DNA of 32,000 bases from Candidatus Saganbacteria bacterium (GTDB lineage Bacteria; Margulisbacteria; WOR-1; JAKLHX01). The stretch covers positions 120,001 to 152,000 of the forward strand of contig JAPLKZ010000013.1 of the NCBI GenBank assembly GCA_026387835.1. The letters run 5' to 3'. Shown here piece by piece: positions 9,949-18,784 of this stretch (within the stretch, counting starts at the first letter, position 1; each line of letters starts with the position of its first letter). A model generated the notes under the pieces. It made no database searches, was not told the origin of the DNA, and was given only the letters and a program-made list of their open reading frames with translations. A program made the translations under genes and the position numbers.

Positions 9949-10314
9949 ATGGCCGAAAAAAAAGAAGCAGGGCCGGAACAAAAACCCGACATCGAATTGA
10001 TCCCGGCGGAAAAAAAACGCACAGCCGTCGCATTGAGATATGATATCGAAAAAGACGCGGCCCCTCTTGTCCTGGCTTCGGGAAGAGGTCTCGTCGCCGA
10101 TGAGATCCTCAGGATCGCTGAAGAGAACGAGATCCCCCTTTACGAAAATCCGCGGCTTGCAGATATACTTTCAAAGCTTGAGCTTGATACACAGATACCT
10201 CAGGAGATGTACATACTTGTGGCCGAGGTCCTCTACTTTGTCTATCAACTGGACAGGATGGCGGAGAAAAGACAAAATCTGGTAAAAAAGATAAAAGATG
10301 AGACAAAAAAGTAG
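9949..10314 (+). CDS. stand-alone FlhB/YscU C-terminal (cytoplasmic) domain-like protein
   Basis: TAVALRYDIEKDAAPLVLASGRGLVADEILRIAEENEIPLYENPRLADILSKLELDTQIPQEMYILVAEVLYFVYQLDR matches the FlhB-C pattern. No transmembrane region and no NPTH cleavage motif. Confidence 0.85.
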   Translation: MAEKKEAGPEQKPDIELIPAEKKRTAVALRYDIEKDAAPLVLASGRGLVADEILRIAEENEIPLYENPRLADILSKLELDTQIPQEMYILVAEVLYFVYQLDRMAEKRQNLVKKIKDETKK

Positions 10315-10396
10315 AGGACAGACTTACTGATCAGCCGTTTTGACACCCCTCGCCCCCCCTAAAAATAACGCCCTTTAAAAACAAACAAAAAAGTTC

Positions 10397-10424
10397 TTGA
10401 AATTTTGCAACGCTTGTGTATAAT
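10397..10424 (+). promoter_or_regulatory. putative sigma-70-type promoter for the flgF-fliI gene run
   Basis: TTGAAA (10397-10402), 16-nt spacer, TATAAT (10419-10424); an SD-like GAGGGCGG precedes the ATG at 10467. Confidence 0.6.
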
Positions 10425-10466
10425 ATATAACAAATGATAGATACAGAAATGAGGGCGGAATAATTA

Positions 10467-11225
10467 ATGCCTGACCGGATATTATCAATAGGGCAAAGTG
10501 CTCTCGAGAGCTCTGACGCAAAAGTCAAAGCGATGATGAATAATATCGTCAATGCCCAGACGCCGGGCTATAAAAAGTCAGATGTTTCTATAAAATCTTT
10601 CCCGCTGATGCTGGAGAACGAGACGCAGTCGCTTGAATCAGGCGGCCGTTCCGGAGCGATGATGCCCAAGGTGACCGGAGTATTCCGCGATCAGGCTCAC
10701 GGTCCGATATTCAAGACCGGCGGAGCAACGGATGCGGCAATAGGAGGCGACGGATATTTTGTCCTCCAGGGAAACGAAGGCGAGGTCTTTACAAGGGACG
10801 GAAGGTTCACTCTTGACCAGGACGGGAAGCTTATCAGTATTTCCGGAAAATATCCGGTCCTCGGAAAGAGCGGCCCTATCGTGGTGATCCCGGGATCAAG
10901 TATCGCGATCTCACAGAACGGAAGTGTTCTTGTAGATGATGTACAGGTCGACATGCTCAGGGTCGTGGTATTTAACGACCCTAAAAAGCTCGAACCGATA
11001 AATAATTCGCTTTTTAAAGCATCTTCTATTGATGAAGCGACATACGAGGAAGATGATAACCCGCGGGTCATACAGGGCTATATCGAATCTTCGAACGTGA
11101 GCATCATGGACGAATACATGGAAATGATATTGTTAAGCAGGATGTATGATGGAAATACAAAGATCATTCAGTCTAGAGATGCAGCGTTGGCTAAGGCCAT
11201 CGAGCTTGGAAAACCGGCACAATGA
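10467..11225 (+). CDS. flgF: flagellar basal-body rod protein FlgF/FlgG family (first paralogue)
   Basis: MMNNIVNAQTPGYKKSDV...GYFVLQGNEGEVFTRDGRFTLDQDGKL...VIQGYIESSNVSIMDEYMEMILLSRMYDGNTKIIQ. Confidence 0.85.
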   Translation: MPDRILSIGQSALESSDAKVKAMMNNIVNAQTPGYKKSDVSIKSFPLMLENETQSLESGGRSGAMMPKVTGVFRDQAHGPIFKTGGATDAAIGGDGYFVLQGNEGEVFTRDGRFTLDQDGKLISISGKYPVLGKSGPIVVIPGSSIAISQNGSVLVDDVQVDMLRVVVFNDPKKLEPINNSLFKASSIDEATYEEDDNPRVIQGYIESSNVSIMDEYMEMILLSRMYDGNTKIIQSRDAALAKAIELGKPAQ

Positions 11226-11259
11226 TAAATAGCAGGATAACAAAGGGAGGATAATAAAT

Positions 11260-12066
11260 ATGTTCCAGCCATTATACGTGGCCGCGACCGGGCTTAACAC
11301 TTTCGAGGATGAAATAACCGACATCACAAACAATCTCGCAAATTCCAAGACAGTCGGTTTCAAAAAGGGGCGGACTGAAAAAGAAAGCCTTTTTGTCATG
11401 GAAAAGAATTTCTCGTCGCATTTAAATGAAGCGATAAGAAGGCAGCAGGAGGAAGGGGTAGGGACAAGCGCGGTCGAGTTCGGTACCGGAGTCAGGGTCG
11501 TTTCCACCCCGAAGGACTTTACCCAGGGCACTATTGAGACGACGAACAATCCTACAGATATTGCCATATCGGGGGAAGGTTTTTTCCAGATAAGTATGCC
11601 TGACGGCAAGATAGCCTATAGCAGAGCAGGAGGCTTCCATGTTGACAGCGATGGTAACTTCGTAGACCCGAACGGCCATTTGTTGGACCCGCCGGTGATA
11701 TTGCCGCAGAATACGACAAGCATTCTTATAAAGGAAAACGGCATGGTGTTTGTTTCGATAAACAACTCGATAGACCTCACGGAAGTAGGGCAGATAAATC
11801 TTGCAAAGTTCACAAGTCCCGCCGGACTGAAAAGCCTCGGACAAAACCTTTATGAAGAGACGACAGCGTCGGGGTCTCCGATGATCGGACTGCCTACTCA
11901 GGAAGGATACGGATCGTTGCAGCAGTCGGCGCTGGAACAGTCAAATGTGGACGTCATTTCGGAAATGATGAGAATGATAATGGTCCAAAGGGTTTTTGAT
12001 ACAGTTACAAAAGCCGTGCAAACCTATGATGCGATGCTAACATCCGTAGAAAGGATGAAGGCGTAG
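11260..12066 (+). CDS. flgG: flagellar basal-body rod protein FlgG family (second paralogue)
   Basis: MFQPLYVAATGLNTFEDEITDITNNLANSKTVGFKKGR...QGTIETTNNPTDIAISGEGFFQISMPDGKIAYSRAGGFHVDSDGNFV...LEQSNVDVISEMMRMIMVQRVFDTVTKAVQTYDAM. Confidence 0.92.
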   Translation: MFQPLYVAATGLNTFEDEITDITNNLANSKTVGFKKGRTEKESLFVMEKNFSSHLNEAIRRQQEEGVGTSAVEFGTGVRVVSTPKDFTQGTIETTNNPTDIAISGEGFFQISMPDGKIAYSRAGGFHVDSDGNFVDPNGHLLDPPVILPQNTTSILIKENGMVFVSINNSIDLTEVGQINLAKFTSPAGLKSLGQNLYEETTASGSPMIGLPTQEGYGSLQQSALEQSNVDVISEMMRMIMVQRVFDTVTKAVQTYDAMLTSVERMKA

Positions 12067-12090
12067 AAAGATGAAGGGCTAATCAACGGG

Positions 12091-12807
12091 ATGCTTTTAA
12101 AAAAGTCATCAACGCTATTGGTTTTTGGTATACTTTTATTAGTATTGCCTTGTTTTGCTGCTATGTCCGTAGAAGAAAATATTTCGGAAGCGGTAAAAAA
12201 TGAGATTGTCAGAAGAAACCAGGCGTTGGAAGACAGCAGGATCGATGTCGGGTTCAAAGATCCTGATGCGATCTTTGAGGGCCTGACAAGTAAAAAAGAA
12301 AAATTGACTTACAAAATAGGTATTCCGGAAAATAGAAGGCTTTCGGGAAATTTAGTGATACCTGTAAATGTCTATGCCGGCAGAAACTTTATTGAACAAG
12401 TAAACGTCAATTGTTCAATAAAAATATTCAAAAAGATATTGGTCAGTTCGGCGAAGATAAACAAAGGAGCAATATTGACTGGGAAAGAGATGTCTTTGAT
12501 CGAGAAGGATATTTCTGTCCTGCCCTCGACAGTCATATTTGAGCAGGACAGCATACTGGGCAAAGAGGCTATGACTTTTATTCCTAAAGGGACAGTCCTT
12601 CTCGACTGGATGTTCAAGGAGGTCCCTGTCGTGAGGAAAGGCGATATCGTAGAACTTTATAAAGCGGTTTCGGGTGTCAATGTAAGCGTGAAAGCGGTCG
12701 TGCTTGAAGACAGCTATCTGGGTAAAAACGTCAGAGTGAGGAACCTGTCTTCGCAAAAGACGGTGGAGGGCATTGTCAGAAGTTCAAAAGAAGTAGAGGC
12801 ATTATGA
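12091..12807 (+). CDS. flgA: flagellar basal body P-ring formation chaperone FlgA
   Basis: Signal peptide plus C-terminal SAF/FlgA-type region: ILVSSAKINKGAILTGKEMSLIEKDI...LGKEAMTFIPKGTVLLDWMFKEVPVVRKGDIVELYKAVSGVNVSVKAVVLEDSYLGKNVRVRNLSSQKTVEGIV. Confidence 0.85.
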   Translation: MLLKKSSTLLVFGILLLVLPCFAAMSVEENISEAVKNEIVRRNQALEDSRIDVGFKDPDAIFEGLTSKKEKLTYKIGIPENRRLSGNLVIPVNVYAGRNFIEQVNVNCSIKIFKKILVSSAKINKGAILTGKEMSLIEKDISVLPSTVIFEQDSILGKEAMTFIPKGTVLLDWMFKEVPVVRKGDIVELYKAVSGVNVSVKAVVLEDSYLGKNVRVRNLSSQKTVEGIVRSSKEVEAL

Positions 12808-13175
12808 TATTCAGGCAGATGTTAAAAGCAAAGATCCACCGCTTGACGGTCACGGAGTCAAGGCTTGATTATGAGGGAAGCATAACGATAGACAAAACCC
12901 TGCTGGAAACTTCAGGGATAGTCGAATCGGAAAAAGTACATGTCGTGAATGTCTCGACCGGAGACAGGTTTGAGACATATGTAATGACCGGAAAAAAGAA
13001 TTCGGGGATCGTATGCCTGAACGGAGGAGCCGCAAGGATGGGAAGTCCGGGAGATCTCATCATCGTCATCTCGTATGCCGCAGTAGATGAAGATTCCCTT
13101 TTGAAGTATTGTTCCAGGAAAGTTCTGGTGGACGGTAAAAACAGGGTCAAAAGGATCATACAGGAGAAAAAATGA
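12804..13175 (+). CDS. panD: aspartate 1-decarboxylase
   Basis: 123 aa: MIFRQMLKAKIHRLTVTESRLDYEGSITIDKTLLETSGIVESEKVHVVNVSTGDRFETYVMTGKKNSGIVCLNGGAARMGSPGDLIIVISYAAVDE. It has the conserved KxKIHRxTVTExxLxYxGSITID (Gly-Ser self-cleavage site), NVxxGxRFETYV and GxVCLNGxAARxxxPGDxxIxISYA motifs. Confidence 0.95.
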   Translation: MIFRQMLKAKIHRLTVTESRLDYEGSITIDKTLLETSGIVESEKVHVVNVSTGDRFETYVMTGKKNSGIVCLNGGAARMGSPGDLIIVISYAAVDEDSLLKYCSRKVLVDGKNRVKRIIQEKK

Positions 13176-13777
13176 AAAGGATACTGTCTTTCATTTTGAT
13201 CGCCGCAGTTTTTTCTCAGTTGGCCGTGCCGGCATTGTCGGATTCTTTGTGGAACGAAAACAGTTCTTCTTTATACGCGACGCAGAAACCGTTCAAACCG
13301 GGCGATATCATAATGGTTATTGTCGTGGAAAATACTTCTGCTGCCCAGAAAGCGGGCACGGATACGTCAAATCAGGACAATCTGAGTCTCAGCTTTACAC
13401 ACACGATCAACAAACTGACGCAGTATTTAGGTCCGCTGGGTACGCCTCAATCACTATCGGGTCAGGCGTCCTCAGCTTATAAAGGATCAGGCGACACTTC
13501 CAGGTCAAACAATGTTCTTGCCGTCGTGACCGCAACAGTCCAAAATGTTCTGCCGAACGGGAATGTTGTTATTTTTGGCACACACAAGGTGACTGTAAAT
13601 GAAGAAATTCAGGAGGTATTGATCAAAGGAATCGTGAGGCCGGCGGATGTAACGAGCTGGAATACGGTATATTCATTTCAAGTTGCGGATTCGACCGTTT
13701 CAGTTAAAGGTACCGGTACTGTCGATGAAGCCTCGTCGCCGGGGGTTGTCAGGAGAGTGCTTAATTGGATATTCTAA
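13172..13777 (+). CDS. flgH: flagellar L-ring protein FlgH
   Basis: Signal peptide; SLWNENSSSLYATQKPFKPGDIIMVIVVENTSAAQKAGTDTSNQDN...NNVLAVVTATVQNVLPNGNVVIFGTHKVTVNEEIQEVLIKGIVRPADVTSWNTVYS... Confidence 0.92.
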   Translation: MKRILSFILIAAVFSQLAVPALSDSLWNENSSSLYATQKPFKPGDIIMVIVVENTSAAQKAGTDTSNQDNLSLSFTHTINKLTQYLGPLGTPQSLSGQASSAYKGSGDTSRSNNVLAVVTATVQNVLPNGNVVIFGTHKVTVNEEIQEVLIKGIVRPADVTSWNTVYSFQVADSTVSVKGTGTVDEASSPGVVRRVLNWIF

Positions 13778-14973
13778 GCAAAATGACAAGAAAAATATCT
13801 GTGGCAGTCCTTTTTACGGTGCTAGTCGTGACAGTCTCCTCATTTGCCGCGTCTCCGTCCGTAAGGATAAAAGACATCGCAACAATAGACCAGGCGCGCG
13901 AGAACCAACTTATAGGATTCGGGCTTGTAGCGGGGCTCCGGCAGTCAGGGGACAGCCAGCAGACCGAGTTTACAAAACAGGCGATAGCAAATCTTCTATC
14001 CCGCATGGGGATGTCTCCCCCGTCGCCCATAACAAGCTCAACGTCACGATCACTTACAAATCTATATAATTTTTCAACGATCCCTAAATCGCAGGAATAC
14101 AGGTCAAAGAACGTCGCCGCAGTGATGGTGACTGCTACGCTCCCTCCGTTCATGAAACCGGGGCAGAAAATAGATGTAACCGTGGCAAGTATAGGGGACG
14201 CCGCTAGCCTTAAAGGCGGCAACCTTCTGGCAACGCAGCTGCTGGGGATGGACGGTCAGACATATGCGGTGGCGCAGGGGCCTGTCTCTCTGGGCGGGGT
14301 CAGCGATTCGAACTTTTTACCTTTCAGAACGGATATAGCTACAACGGGAAGAGTTCCCGGGGGAGGGCTGGTCGAAAAGGAGATCCCCGTCAGTATTGAA
14401 GAAGAGCTGGCTCAGACAGACACGGCTGAAGCCTCCAGTTCGATCACGGGGTTCAAAATACTTTTGAACGAACCTGATTTTACGACAGCTTCAAGAGTTG
14501 CATACACAATAGCGAAAGAAGGCATCGATGTCCAGGCCCTTGATGCAGCTTCGATAATGGTCAGGGTCACTCCGGGAGATGACGCGATATCACTTATCTC
14601 AAAGATCGAAACACTGAGGGTCATTCCTGACGTGAAAGCAAAAATTGTGATCAACGAAAGGACCGGCACGATAGTGATCGGCGAAAATATCAGGATCGCG
14701 CCGGTAGCCGTCACTTACGGGAATTTCACCGTGACAATAGGGCCGGCATCTCTTACGTCAGGATTGAGCGAGACAGGGGGCATTCCTTTATCTTCAACGA
14801 ATGTAATGATAAAGGAAAGCAATAAAAAACTTGTCATCTTGAAGGAATCCGCGAATTTATCAGACCTTGTGAGATCGCTGAACTCGATAGGAGCCACTCC
14901 AAAAGACCTGATAGCTATCATTCAGGCTATAAAGCAATCCGGCGCATTGACCGCCGACCTGGAGATCATGTGA
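13765..14973 (+). CDS. flgI: flagellar P-ring protein FlgI (start may be ATG at 13783)
   Basis: VRIKDIATIDQARENQLIGFGLVAGLRQSGDS...KNVAAVMVTATLPPFMKPGQKIDVTVASIGDAASLKGGNLLATQLLGMDGQTYAVAQGPVSLGG. Confidence 0.95.
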   Translation: MDILSKMTRKISVAVLFTVLVVTVSSFAASPSVRIKDIATIDQARENQLIGFGLVAGLRQSGDSQQTEFTKQAIANLLSRMGMSPPSPITSSTSRSLTNLYNFSTIPKSQEYRSKNVAAVMVTATLPPFMKPGQKIDVTVASIGDAASLKGGNLLATQLLGMDGQTYAVAQGPVSLGGVSDSNFLPFRTDIATTGRVPGGGLVEKEIPVSIEEELAQTDTAEASSSITGFKILLNEPDFTTASRVAYTIAKEGIDVQALDAASIMVRVTPGDDAISLISKIETLRVIPDVKAKIVINERTGTIVIGENIRIAPVAVTYGNFTVTIGPASLTSGLSETGGIPLSSTNVMIKESNKKLVILKESANLSDLVRSLNSIGATPKDLIAIIQAIKQSGALTADLEIM

Positions 14974-15296
14974 TGGATAATTTTATCCCGCCGGTGATCT
15001 TTAATCGCAACAGCGCGTACACCGGCAGCGTCACGCAGCCCGGTCCGGTGCAGGGCGATGCCGTGACGGCGGTCTCTTCGCTGTTTTTGCAGACCATGCT
15101 GAAAGAGATCTATAAAAACCAGTTTAAAAACGAACTTTTTACGACGGAAAACAATCCATCATCCTCGGTTTTTTCCGATATGTTCGTAGAACAGATGATA
15201 AATGAGATGGCAAATGCCGATACTTTCGGACTTAACAAGATGATCTCTTCGGCGATTGAGCCGCGGGATGTAATAGAGGAAAGCAAATGCCCGTAA
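14970..15296 (+). CDS. flgJ: FlgJ-type rod-binding protein (N-terminal domain only)
   Basis: SSLFLQTMLKEIYKNQFKNELFTTENNPSSSVFSDMFVEQMINEMANADTFGLNKMI; position after flgI; no muramidase domain. Confidence 0.75.
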   Translation: MMDNFIPPVIFNRNSAYTGSVTQPGPVQGDAVTAVSSLFLQTMLKEIYKNQFKNELFTTENNPSSSVFSDMFVEQMINEMANADTFGLNKMISSAIEPRDVIEESKCP

Positions 15297-16036
15297 GACC
15301 GAAACAAGAATCGTTAAAACAGCAACAGCCTTACAGGCCTGCCATGGCCATGGAGGCGTACCTGCCGCTAGTCCATTCGATAGCGGCTATGATCTCAGGG
15401 AAAGGCCTCCCGCCGAACATAGATTATAACGATCTTGTAAGCGACGGCACTATAGGGCTGATGAAAGCGTGGGATAATTTCGATCCTAAAAGGGGGGTCA
15501 AGTTCGAGACTTATGCTTCTTACAGGGTCAGGGGCGAGATACTGGACGGGCTCAAATATTACAATCCCGTTCCTTACAGGATACAGGTGATGATAAGGGA
15601 CCTTGCGAAAAAAGGATACGACACAATACTAAAACGCGGCGAAAAAGAGTCCGGCATCTCGACAAAGGATTCAAAGCTTCTCGAAAAAAAGAGCCTCAGC
15701 GAGTCGGAATTCAAAGCGGCTGTCACAAAGATCCAGAAGATAGTATCTGCTTCGGCTTTGATGTACCTTGTTTCACTGGAACAGGCTTCCGATTCTTCGG
15801 AGATCCAGGTATCCGGAGAAAGGACCCCTGTCGAGGAGCTTGAATCCAGCGATCTTAAATTAAGGCTTGATAACGAGATAAAAAGCCTTCCGAAGATGGA
15901 ACGAACGGTGCTCGAACTTTTTTTCAAAAAAGGCCTTAGCCAGAAGGATATTGCAAAGGACCACAAACTGTCAAGAAGCAAGGTCAACAGGCTTATCGCG
16001 AGGGCAATAAACAGGCTGAAGGAAAAGTTGAAATAG
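15287..16036 (+). CDS. fliA: RNA polymerase sigma factor, FliA/WhiG family
   Basis: YLPLVHSIAAMISGKGLPPNIDYNDLVSDGTIGLMKAWDNFDPKRGVKFETYASYRVRGEILDGLK (region 2), PVEELESSDLKLRLDNEIKSLPKMERTVLELFFKKGLSQKDIAKDHKLSRSKVNRLIARAINRLKEKL (region 4). Confidence 0.88.
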   Translation: MPVRPKQESLKQQQPYRPAMAMEAYLPLVHSIAAMISGKGLPPNIDYNDLVSDGTIGLMKAWDNFDPKRGVKFETYASYRVRGEILDGLKYYNPVPYRIQVMIRDLAKKGYDTILKRGEKESGISTKDSKLLEKKSLSESEFKAAVTKIQKIVSASALMYLVSLEQASDSSEIQVSGERTPVEELESSDLKLRLDNEIKSLPKMERTVLELFFKKGLSQKDIAKDHKLSRSKVNRLIARAINRLKEKLK

Positions 16037-16045
16037 GGCATAAAT

Positions 16046-16339
16046 ATGGAAATATTCGATCCTACGATGTCAAATATTGAAAGTGCGATGGCGAGGAGCA
16101 TAAAGATCCAGGAAGTTACCGCGCACAATATCGCCAACGCGCAGACGCCCGGCTTTACGGCTAAAAAATTTGACGAGGTACTGAACAAAGCCGTCGAGCG
16201 CGAAGAAAATAAAACAGTGAATCTGGAAGAAGAAATGGCCGAAATGGCGAAGAACAACACCAGGTATTCGACATATGCAAAACTAATGTCGGCAAAGCTC
16301 GCCGTGCTGAGAAATGTGATATCGCAGGGGAGAAAATAA
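16046..16339 (+). CDS. flgB: flagellar basal-body rod protein FlgB (short form)
   Basis: RSIKIQEVTAHNIANAQTPGFTAKKFDEVLNKAV...MAKNNTRYSTYAKLMSAKLAVLRNVISQGRK; followed by flgC. Confidence 0.88.
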   Translation: MEIFDPTMSNIESAMARSIKIQEVTAHNIANAQTPGFTAKKFDEVLNKAVEREENKTVNLEEEMAEMAKNNTRYSTYAKLMSAKLAVLRNVISQGRK

Positions 16340-16342
16340 GAC

Positions 16343-16783
16343 ATGGGATTAAACAGCGCGTTGGATATCTCTGTTTCCGCGATAAACGCCGAACGGCTTC
16401 ATATGGAGCTTATAGCAAGCAATATCGCAAATATCAATACTACGAAGACCGTTGACGGGGGCATCTACAGGAGAAAGGTGCTTTCCTATACGGAAAAACC
16501 GGTAACGTTTGAAGATGTCCTTGCCGGCGCGCAGAAAAAGGCCGAGATAAAAACAGGCGGGGGAGTAGATGTGTCCGTTACTGAAGATATGAGCGCCCCT
16601 ATGCAGAAAATATTCAACCCCGGTCATCCGGATGCCGATGAGAAGGGATACGTGACGCTTCCGAACGTGTCGTTGTCTACGGAGATGACGGACCTTATAT
16701 TTGCGGGAAGACTTTATGAGACGAATGTTACGGTCTTTAGCGCGACAAAAAAAATGCAAACTGAAGCTCTCCAGATACAGTAA
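16343..16783 (+). CDS. flgC: flagellar basal-body rod protein FlgC
   Basis: LDISVSAINAERLHMELIASNIANINTTKTVDGGIYRRKVLSY...NPGHPDADEKGYVTLPNVSLSTEMTDLIFAGRLYETNVTVFSATKKM. Confidence 0.95.
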   Translation: MGLNSALDISVSAINAERLHMELIASNIANINTTKTVDGGIYRRKVLSYTEKPVTFEDVLAGAQKKAEIKTGGGVDVSVTEDMSAPMQKIFNPGHPDADEKGYVTLPNVSLSTEMTDLIFAGRLYETNVTVFSATKKMQTEALQIQ

Positions 16784-16796
16784 AGGAGACCGATAA

Positions 16797-17147
16797 ATGG
16801 CTGAAGGCATAAGCAGGATAGACCCGAATTTGCTGGCCCAGATCATGGGGCCCGAGACAACTCCTGCCGCCCCTGAAGTGGGCCAACCGTCAGCGGCATC
16901 CCCCGAGATAAAATCCTCCGGCATGACGTTCGACGATATCTTAGGTAAAGCCGTTAATGCGCTTGACGGGGTGAGCAATGTCGAGAACGATGCGAATTTA
17001 ATGATGGAAAAATACATGAAAGGCCAGGTCGACGTATCGGACGTCATGATAGCCACGGCGAAGATGAACATTGCGGTCCAGCTTGCGGTGGCTACCGTCA
17101 CTTCCGCCGTGAACACGTTCAAAGAAATAACTCAGATGCAGATCTGA
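16797..17147 (+). CDS. fliE: flagellar hook-basal body complex protein FliE
   Basis: MTFDDILGKAVNALDGVSNVENDANLMMEKYMKGQVDVSDVMIATAKMNIAVQLAVATVTSAVNTFKEITQMQI. Confidence 0.93.
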   Translation: MAEGISRIDPNLLAQIMGPETTPAAPEVGQPSAASPEIKSSGMTFDDILGKAVNALDGVSNVENDANLMMEKYMKGQVDVSDVMIATAKMNIAVQLAVATVTSAVNTFKEITQMQI

Positions 17148-17163
17148 TAAAAAGGAGTGATCG

Positions 17164-18771
17164 ATGGGAGAGGCCAGAGCCCCGGGAAGAATGTCGGACA
17201 CTAACAGGAATCTTATTATTTCGACTTCTGTTGTAGTGGTCGTTTCGCTTATAGTCCTGCTGGTGTTCTTCAGGTCGTGCGGCTTGTACGACAGGAATGC
17301 AGGTTATAAAGTTATCTACTCCAATCTCGACTTGAAAGATGCCGCGAACGTCGTCACCGTCCTTAAGGTCATGAAGATACCTTACCAGATAAGGGATGAC
17401 GGCCGTACTGTAGCGGTCCCGAAAGACAAGGCCGATGACGCGAAGCTGGGTCTCGCGGAAAAAAATCTGCCTACGGGCGGGTCGGTAGGATGGGAGATAT
17501 TTGACCAGTCAAAGCTGGGGACCACCGATTTTGACCGAAGGGTACAGTTTGTAAGAGCGATTTCGGGAGAGCTTGCGAGGACGATAATGAGGATAGATGC
17601 GGTACTGGATGCAAGGGTGCAGATAGTCATTCCTCAAACCTCACTTTTTGAGGTGGCAAAAGCTCCTGTCACGGCTTCAGTCCTGCTGCAGCTTCGTACC
17701 GGAAGAAAGATTTCCCGCGAGCAGGTTAACGGGATAGTATACCTTGTCGCGAGCAGCGTGGAAAATCTAAGACCGGAAAACGTCATAATAGTCGATATCT
17801 ACGGCAACATCTTAAGCGGCCCCGGTGTGGGTTCCGTGGAAGCCAATGTCGTCGCCTCGCCTGTCACAGAGCAGATGTATATCGCCCCGACACAAGAAGT
17901 TGCGGAAAAAGCTCCGGTAAAAGAGATCTTGATCTCAAAGACCGTGCCCACAGGAATAAAAGAGACGGCAGCCATAGCTCAGCTCGCCGCCACAAAAGAG
18001 ACAGAGACCATTTCTTTGCCGCAGAAGAAACTGACCGTCGAAGAGAAAGTGGTCGTGAAGTTCAAGGCAAAGGAAGAATTCGAGAACATGCTCTCCAGCA
18101 AGGTCCAGAAAGTTGTGAATAATTTTTATCCGCCGAACAGCATCCTGGTGAAAGTAAATGTCGACCTGGCGGAATATAAAGAAAGCCCGAAAAAACACAC
18201 TGCAACTGCGGTAAAAGCAAAAAAACATGTCATTTCCAGCATGGAGAACGGCAAAAAACCAGTCCCGTCAAAAATGTTGACGGAAGATAATATCAAGAAG
18301 ATGACCGTCATAGTCCTTGTGGACAACAGGTTCAATCTTACAAAACAGCAAAAAAAGACTACTTATGAGATGATAGGCAACGCGATTTCATACCACCCCA
18401 GCAGGGGGGACAGGATCATTTTAAGGCAGGTCCCGTTCCATTATGCTACAGCCTTTCAGCCGGGAATGATGCAAAAAGGATCTGCATCTAAGATGGAAAG
18501 TAAGAGATCACTTCCGGAAAAAATGATCTCACTACTCGGCCAAAACACTGCGGTGTCAGTTTTGGCGGCGTTGTTTATCTTCCTTTTGGCGGTGCTGGCC
18601 GCGAGGACATTTTCGAGAAGAAGGTCTTTGGAACAGGAAGCCGAGGAGATGAGCGAACCGGATGAAAGAATGAGGACAGCTTCTTCGGCGATAGAGCAGA
18701 TAAGGACAGTGGTCGCGCAGTCTCCAGACCGCGTGGCGGAGCTCATGAAAAACTGGCTGAGCGAAAAATAA
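17164..18771 (+). CDS. fliF: flagellar M-ring protein FliF
   Basis: GYKVIYSNLDLKDAANVVTVLKVMKIPYQIRDDGRTVAVPKDKADDAKLGLAEKNLPTGGSVGWEIFDQSKLGTTDFDRRVQFVRAISGELARTIMRIDAVLDARVQIVIP; C-terminal FliG-binding tail SPDRVAELMKNWLSEK. Confidence 0.96.
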   Translation: MGEARAPGRMSDTNRNLIISTSVVVVVSLIVLLVFFRSCGLYDRNAGYKVIYSNLDLKDAANVVTVLKVMKIPYQIRDDGRTVAVPKDKADDAKLGLAEKNLPTGGSVGWEIFDQSKLGTTDFDRRVQFVRAISGELARTIMRIDAVLDARVQIVIPQTSLFEVAKAPVTASVLLQLRTGRKISREQVNGIVYLVASSVENLRPENVIIVDIYGNILSGPGVGSVEANVVASPVTEQMYIAPTQEVAEKAPVKEILISKTVPTGIKETAAIAQLAATKETETISLPQKKLTVEEKVVVKFKAKEEFENMLSSKVQKVVNNFYPPNSILVKVNVDLAEYKESPKKHTATAVKAKKHVISSMENGKKPVPSKMLTEDNIKKMTVIVLVDNRFNLTKQQKKTTYEMIGNAISYHPSRGDRIILRQVPFHYATAFQPGMMQKGSASKMESKRSLPEKMISLLGQNTAVSVLAALFIFLLAVLAARTFSRRRSLEQEAEEMSEPDERMRTASSAIEQIRTVVAQSPDRVAELMKNWLSEK

Positions 18772-18784
18772 TGACGGAGTCAAA

